A DNA stretch of 64,000 nt, taken from assembly GCA_963805585.1 (NCBI GenBank), contig CAWDUR010000017.1:103818-167817 (forward strand). Reading direction: 5' to 3'. The notes beneath the pieces were generated by a model that was not told the origin of the DNA, made no database searches, and worked only from the letters and a program-made list of their open reading frames with translations. The DNA is from an uncultured Chloroflexia bacterium. GTDB taxonomy: Bacteria; Chloroflexota; Limnocylindria; Limnocylindrales; CSP1-4. Position numbers and translations under genes: made by a program. Shown here piece after piece: positions 59,378 through 64,000 of this stretch (position 1 is its first letter; every line of letters starts with the position of its first letter).

Positions 59378-59960
59378 TCAGTCGCGACGCAGCGAACGCA
59401 GAGCTTCCTTGACGCGTTCCTCGAGGCCGGCTGATGCGGGCAGACCGGCCACCGCGACCCGGGCCGCCTCCCGTCCCTCGCGTGACGTGTACCCCAAGGC
59501 CTCCAGGGCCGCCACGACCTCCGACTCCCCGCTGCCGTCGCTCGTGGCGCCCGCCCCTGCCACCGCGACCTTCTCGCGCAACTCCAGGACGATGCGCCCC
59601 GCGAGTCGTTTGCCCACGCCGGGCACGGCCACCAGGATGGCCTCATCGCCCTGCAGGATGGCCAGCTCCAGGTCCGCCACGGGCCTCGACGAAACGATGG
59701 CCAGGCCGACCTTGGGGCCGACGCCGCTGACGGTGGTGATGAGCTCGAAGAAGCCCAGCTCTTCCGTGCTCCGGAAGCCGTACAGGGCCTGCTGGTCCTC
59801 GCGCACCAGGTGGTGGGTGTGCAGCTTGACGCGGCCGCCCAGCGTGAGCCCGGCCAGGGTCCCCGGGTCCGGCATGGACGCGGTAGCCGACGCCGCCGAC
59901 CTCGAGGACGAGGGAGGTGGCCGTCAGGGCGGTCACGACGCCCTCCAGCGAGGCGATCAC
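59378..59960 (-). pseudogene. ruvA: Holliday junction DNA helicase subunit RuvA, frame broken near 59876
   Basis: [28 protein letters not shown] / MPDPGTLAGLTLGGRVKLHTHHLVREDQQALYGF..., VSGVGPKVGLAI, VPGVGKRLAGRI. GTG 59960 overlaps the ruvC stop (GTGA). Confidence 0.85.
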
Positions 59961-60448
59961 CCTCCCGCCACCGCCAACGTCGCAGCCGCGTGAGCCGTGC
60001 AGACCGCCACGGCCAGGGCATCGGCCGCATCGTCGGGACGCGGCAGCTCCGTCATCGATAGCACCAGCTGCACCATGCGCTGGACCTGGTCCTTGGTGGC
60101 CCGCCCATAGCCGGTGACGGCCATCTTGACCTCGTGGGGACCGTGCTCGAAGACGGGCAGCCCATGCTGGGCCGCCGCGAGGAGGACCACGCCGCGCGCC
60201 TGGCCTACGGCGAAGGCCGTCTGCACGTTCTTGTTGAAGAAGAGCCGCTCGACTCCCACGGCCTCCGGTCGATGCGTCTCGATCAGATCGCTGATGGCCT
60301 CGTGGATGAGCAGGAGACGAGCGGCCGCAGAACGGTCCGGGATGGTCTCGAAGCAACCGTAGTCGACCATGCGCAGGGCGCTCCCCTGGCGGGCCACCAG
60401 GCCGTATCCGGTGCGGGCGGTGCCGGGGTCGATCCCCAGCACGATCAC
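59957..60448 (-). CDS. ruvC: crossover junction endodeoxyribonuclease RuvC
   Basis: [35 protein letters not shown]. Confidence 0.9.
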   Translation of the reverse strand: MIVLGIDPGTARTGYGLVARQGSALRMVDYGCFETIPDRSAAARLLLIHEAISDLIETHRPEAVGVERLFFNKNVQTAFAVGQARGVVLLAAAQHGLPVFEHGPHEVKMAVTGYGRATKDQVQRMVQLVLSMTELPRPDDAADALAVAVCTAHAAATLAVAGG

Positions 60449-61197
60449 GACGCGGCGGCCTCGGCCAGGATCTCGTCCGGCAGCTCGAAGTTGGCCGTGA
60501 CGCGTTGCACGTCGTCGTTGTCCTCGAGCGTCTCGATGAGGCGGAGGTTCTGGCGCGCCCGGTCGACATCGACCGCGATGGGCGCCTTGGCCTGCATCGT
60601 CATCTCCGCCGACTCGACCTTCAGGCCGGCCGATTCGAGGGCCAGGCGTACGGTCTCCAAGTCTCCCGGCTCCGTGGTGACCTCCAGCGGGTCCGCGGTG
60701 GTATCCACGTCCGTGGCCCCCGCGTCGATGGCCAGCAGGGCGATGTCATCCACGCCGCTGCCGCCCAGCTCGACGCTGACGACCCCGCGCGGCTCGAACT
60801 GCCAGGCCACCGAGCCGCTGCCAGCCAGTTGTCCGCCGGACTTGGCGAAGATGGAGCGCACGTCGGCGGCCGTGCGGTTCTTGTTGTCCGTGGCCGTCTC
60901 CACGAGGATGGCCACGCCCCCGGGCCCATAGCCCTCGTAGACGATCTCCTCGAAGACCGCCGCCTTGTCCCCGCCTGCCGCCCGCTCGATGGCACGCTTG
61001 ATGTTCTCCGCGGGCATGTTGACGGAGCGCGCCTTGTCGATGGCCAGGCGCAGGCGGTAGTTGCCTTCAGGGTCCGGACCGCCGACTCGGGCGGCCACGC
61101 TGATCTCCTTGCCCATCTTGGTGAAGACGGCGCCACGCTTGGCGTCGTTGACGCCTTTCTGGCGCTTGATGCTGGACCACTTGGAATGACCGGACAT
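60445..61197 (-). CDS. yebC: YebC/PmpR family DNA-binding transcriptional regulator
   Basis: [22 protein letters not shown]...[14 protein letters not shown]. Confidence 0.95.
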   Translation of the reverse strand: MSGHSKWSSIKRQKGVNDAKRGAVFTKMGKEISVAARVGGPDPEGNYRLRLAIDKARSVNMPAENIKRAIERAAGGDKAAVFEEIVYEGYGPGGVAILVETATDNKNRTAADVRSIFAKSGGQLAGSGSVAWQFEPRGVVSVELGGSGVDDIALLAIDAGATDVDTTADPLEVTTEPGDLETVRLALESAGLKVESAEMTMQAKAPIAVDVDRARQNLRLIETLEDNDDVQRVTANFELPDEILAEAAAS

Positions 61198-61306
61198 GGC
61201 TCAGGATTCTATATGATTGCGGCCACGAAACCGACTCGGTCGGCCTGAGGGATGAGGCCCGCCCAGATGCCTCCGCCGACCCCTAGCCCGTTCTGGAGGT
61301 CTGCGC

Positions 61307-63382
61307 GTGCCCCACGTCGATATCTCGCGACTTCGCAACGTCGTCATGGCCGGTCACACCGGCTCCGGCAAGACGACCATCGCGGAGCACCTGCTCCACA
61401 AGGCCGGCGTCATCAGCCGCATGGGTCGCGTGGACGATGGCACCGCCAGCCTTGACTTCGAGCCAGAGGAGCAGAAGCGCAAGCTGACGCTGTCGCTGGC
61501 CGCCAACACCTTCGACCGCGACGGCAGCCACGTCACCCTCATCGACACTCCGGGCTACGCGGACTTCGTGGGCGAGGTCATCTCCGGCTTCGCGGCCGCC
61601 GACGGCGCGCTCATCACCATGGATGCCTCTGGCGGGGTCGAGGCTGGCACGGAGACGGCCATCCGGCTGAGCCGCCAGACGCACACACCAGCCATCTTCG
61701 TCATCACGCGCTGCGAGCGCGAGAACGCGGACCCCATGGCCGCCGTCGACGCCCTGCGCACGGCCTTCGGCGCCAAGATCGCGCCGCTCCAGGTGGCCAT
61801 GGGCAAGGCCGACAGCTTCAGTGGCTACGTGGACCTCGTACACCGCACGGCCTGGGTCTACAAGGACGGCAAGCGCCAGGAGACGGCCATCCCGGACGAG
61901 CTGACGGCCGAGGTCGCGCTACGCCGCGAGCAGCTGCTGGAGGCGGCTGCCGACGCCGACGACGAGGTGCTGATGAAGTTCCTTGACGGCGAGGAGGTGA
62001 CCGACGAGGAGCTCGAACTGTGCCTCCACAAGGGTGTCCGGGACTCCGTCCTGGCGCCCGTGATGATGACCTCCGCGCACCGAGACATCGGCGTCAGCGC
62101 CATGCTCGACGCCATCATCCGCTACCTGCCGGCCCCCACGGAAGAGCCTCCCATCGAGGTCACGGACAACCGCGGCGAGATCGTCGAGCTTCCGCCCGAC
62201 GTGTCCGGCCCTCTCGTGGCGCAGGTCTTCAAGACCACGGCCGATCCATTCGTCGGCCGGCTCACCTACTTCCGCGTCTGGTCCGGCACCATCAAGGCGC
62301 ACGACCAGGTCTGGAACGCCAGTCGCGGCGAGGAGGAGCGCATCGCCCAGGTCTTCTATATCAAGGGCAAGGAGCAGGAGCCGGTGGACGAGATCCGTGC
62401 CGGCGAGATCGGGGCAGTGGCCAAGCTCGTCCACACCGTCACGGGCGACACGCTCAGCGGCAAAGAGCGGCCCCTCACCATGGCGCCCATCCAGTTCCCC
62501 GAGCCGACGCTGCCCGTGGCCGTGGAGCCTGCCTCCAAGGCGGACCTGGACAAGCTCAGCGGCGCCCTGACACGCCTCCAGGAGGAGGACCGCACCCTGC
62601 GCGTGGAGCGCAACGTGGAGACGGGCGAGCAGCTCATGTGGGGCCAGGGCGAGAACCAGATCCAGGTGGCCGGCGAGCGCCTCAGTCGCAAGTTCGGCAC
62701 ATCCATCGTGACGCACCCGCCACGCGTGCCCTATCGCGAGACCATCCGCAGCTCGGCCAGGGTCGAGGGGCGCCACAAGAAGCAGACCGGCGGCCGTGGT
62801 CAGTTCGGCCACGTCTGGCTGGAGATCTCGCCCAACCCTGGCGGCGGCGTCGAGTTCGACACCAAGGTGGTCGGGGGCGTGGTGCCCAGGCAGTTCTTCC
62901 CCGGCGTGGAGAAGGGCGTGCGGGCCGTGGCGGACAAGGGCCCCACGGCCGGCTACCCGGTCGTGGACTTCAAGGCGGTCCTCTACGACGGCTCCTTCCA
63001 CACCGTCGATTCCGACGAGCTCTCCTTCCGGCTGGCCGCCTCGATGGCCACCCGCAAGGGCATCGCGGAGTGCGATCCGGTCCTCCTGGAGCCCATCATG
63101 GAGGTCGAGGTGCGCGTGCCGGAGGTCTACATGGGCGAGGTCAACCGCGACCTCAACACTCGCCGCGGCCGCCTGCTTGGCATGGACGCCGACGGCGGTC
63201 TGCAGATCCTGCGGGCCCTCGTGCCCCAGGCGGAACTCTTCACCTACGCCACGGAGCTCCGCTCCATCACGGGCGGGCGCGGCACCTTCAGTGCCCGACT
63301 GTCGACCTACGAGGAGGTCCCCGCCCACGTGGCCCAGAAGGTCATCGAGGCCCACAAGGCCGTGGCCGCCGAGGACGACTGA
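61307..63382 (+). CDS. fusA: elongation factor G family GTPase (stand-alone copy, not in an rpsL-rpsG-tuf context)
   Basis: VMAGHTGSGKTT, LIDTPGYADF, TRCERE, and domains II-V (GDTLS..., GELHLE-like GENQIQV, KKQTGGRGQFG). Confidence 0.85.
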   Translation: MPHVDISRLRNVVMAGHTGSGKTTIAEHLLHKAGVISRMGRVDDGTASLDFEPEEQKRKLTLSLAANTFDRDGSHVTLIDTPGYADFVGEVISGFAAADGALITMDASGGVEAGTETAIRLSRQTHTPAIFVITRCERENADPMAAVDALRTAFGAKIAPLQVAMGKADSFSGYVDLVHRTAWVYKDGKRQETAIPDELTAEVALRREQLLEAAADADDEVLMKFLDGEEVTDEELELCLHKGVRDSVLAPVMMTSAHRDIGVSAMLDAIIRYLPAPTEEPPIEVTDNRGEIVELPPDVSGPLVAQVFKTTADPFVGRLTYFRVWSGTIKAHDQVWNASRGEEERIAQVFYIKGKEQEPVDEIRAGEIGAVAKLVHTVTGDTLSGKERPLTMAPIQFPEPTLPVAVEPASKADLDKLSGALTRLQEEDRTLRVERNVETGEQLMWGQGENQIQVAGERLSRKFGTSIVTHPPRVPYRETIRSSARVEGRHKKQTGGRGQFGHVWLEISPNPGGGVEFDTKVVGGVVPRQFFPGVEKGVRAVADKGPTAGYPVVDFKAVLYDGSFHTVDSDELSFRLAASMATRKGIAECDPVLLEPIMEVEVRVPEVYMGEVNRDLNTRRGRLLGMDADGGLQILRALVPQAELFTYATELRSITGGRGTFSARLSTYEEVPAHVAQKVIEAHKAVAAEDD

Positions 63383-63422
63383 CCCTCCCCTCACCCCACG
63401 CGGCCGACCCTGACGGTCGAGG

Positions 63423-63449
63423 GACCCCGGCGCTCGGAGCGCCGGGGTC
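63423..63449. terminator. strong GC hairpin between convergent EF-G and hisA
   Basis: GACCCCGGCGC-tcgga-GCGCCGGGGTC, a perfect 11-bp stem, followed by TGCGTT. Confidence 0.5.
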
Positions 63450-63480
63450 TGCGTTCATGGGCGGGCGCGGGAGCCGGCGT

Positions 63481-64000
63481 TCAGCCGCGCTCGTCGCTCC
63501 GAGCCCAAGCCTCTGCTGAGGCAGCGGCGGTGGCCAGCCCCTCCGGCAGGCTGAAGGCGCCTTCGTAGAGTGCGCGACCCGTGATGGCCGCGTCGAAGCC
63601 ACGTCCCGCGAGCGCCGCGATGTCCGCCAGGCTGCCCACGCCTCCCGAGGCGATGATGGCGGCAGTGGGCACGGCACCTCGGACCTGCTCCAGCAGCTCC
63701 AGGTCCGGTCCGGCCAGACCGCCATCGCGGGCGATGGCCGTGACCGCGAACCAGCGGAGGCCGGCTTCGCGCGAGGGCCTCCGCCAGCGGCAGGACGTCC
63801 GCCCCGCGGGCGCCGGCCACCCAGCCATCCCCGACGGCCCGACCATCGCGCACGTCCAACGCGGCCACGATGCGATCGGGGCCGTGGCGCTCGACGAGTA
63901 CGCGGCCCAGCGTGGGCCGGCTGACGAGGGCACTGCCGAGGACGACACGGTCGGCGCCCGCAGCCAAGGCCTCCGCCGCCTGGTCCGCTCCGCGGATGCC
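63481..64000 (-). pseudogene. hisA: HisA (ProFAR isomerase), 5' end outside window, frame broken near 63782
   Basis: GIRGADQAAEALAAGADRVVLGSALV...DVRDGRAVGDGW...LPLAEAL / REAGLRWFAVTAIARDGGLAGPDLELL...IASGGVGSLADI...ITGRALYEG. Confidence 0.75.

Noticed and set aside
1-64000. Programmed +1 ribosomal frameshifting as the explanation for the frame breaks
   Set aside because: The inferred slip sites share no common heptamer, rare codon, upstream SD-like stimulator or downstream structure. The contexts differ (ctg-g-gaa, ctt-g-ggc, gac-t-ctc, gtc-c-atg and others), and a few events are -1. Recoding at about 30 sites in ordinary housekeeping genes has no precedent.
1-64000. CRISPR arrays, rRNA genes, transposases, prophage or known defence-system genes
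   Set aside because: I saw no regularly spaced direct repeats, no rRNA-like conserved stretches and no transposase or phage-like ORFs while reading both strands. The only helicase/nuclease pair matches a repair module (MrfAB-like), not a defence architecture.

Overview
Very GC-rich bacterial chromosomal segment. Gene content (RNase Y plus YmdB, FemAB-type transferases, RodZ, TrpB2, many 4-nt start/stop overlaps) suggests Chloroflexota/Thermomicrobia or a deep Actinomycetota lineage, but I cannot resolve this without a database search. I can support about 60 protein-coding genes and one tRNA; I saw no rRNA, CRISPR array, transposase or prophage. Most of the window is housekeeping. It includes a MrfA/MrfB-like helicase-exonuclease pair, ftsH, comM-dprA-topA, a xer-murJ-femAB-femAB-murE cell-wall block, relA, rodZ-cinA-murC and an EF-G paralogue. 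A long minus-strand block carries hflX-miaA-miaB-ymdB-rny-recX-recA-tgt-ruvB-ruvA-ruvC-yebC. The accessory stretch lies at about 40-48 kb: a TPP enzyme, a GNAT, a rhodanese lipoprotein, an Xre/RES toxin-antitoxin pair, a PfkB kinase, a small secreted protein and a SAM methyltransferase. The most striking property is that 18 genes, including core genes such as murE, murJ, miaB, tgt, ruvA and hflX, are broken by single-base indels. I count about 30 by manual translation, almost all +1 insertions, with a hot zone at 44.1-47.8 kb. I think most are consensus or assembly errors, but the sequence alone cannot prove that. Other leads: a perfect GAAC-N4-GTTC LexA-type box between ruvA and ruvB, and a near-match upstream of the helicase; an intact antitoxin beside a broken RES toxin; two stand-alone cNMP-binding proteins upstream of a flavoprotein; and a micro-ORF coupled to an acidic extension of the TPP enzyme. 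I found no clearly novel multi-gene system. All coordinates, frames and motifs come from manual reading of the sequence and the supplied ORF track, and no searches were run.
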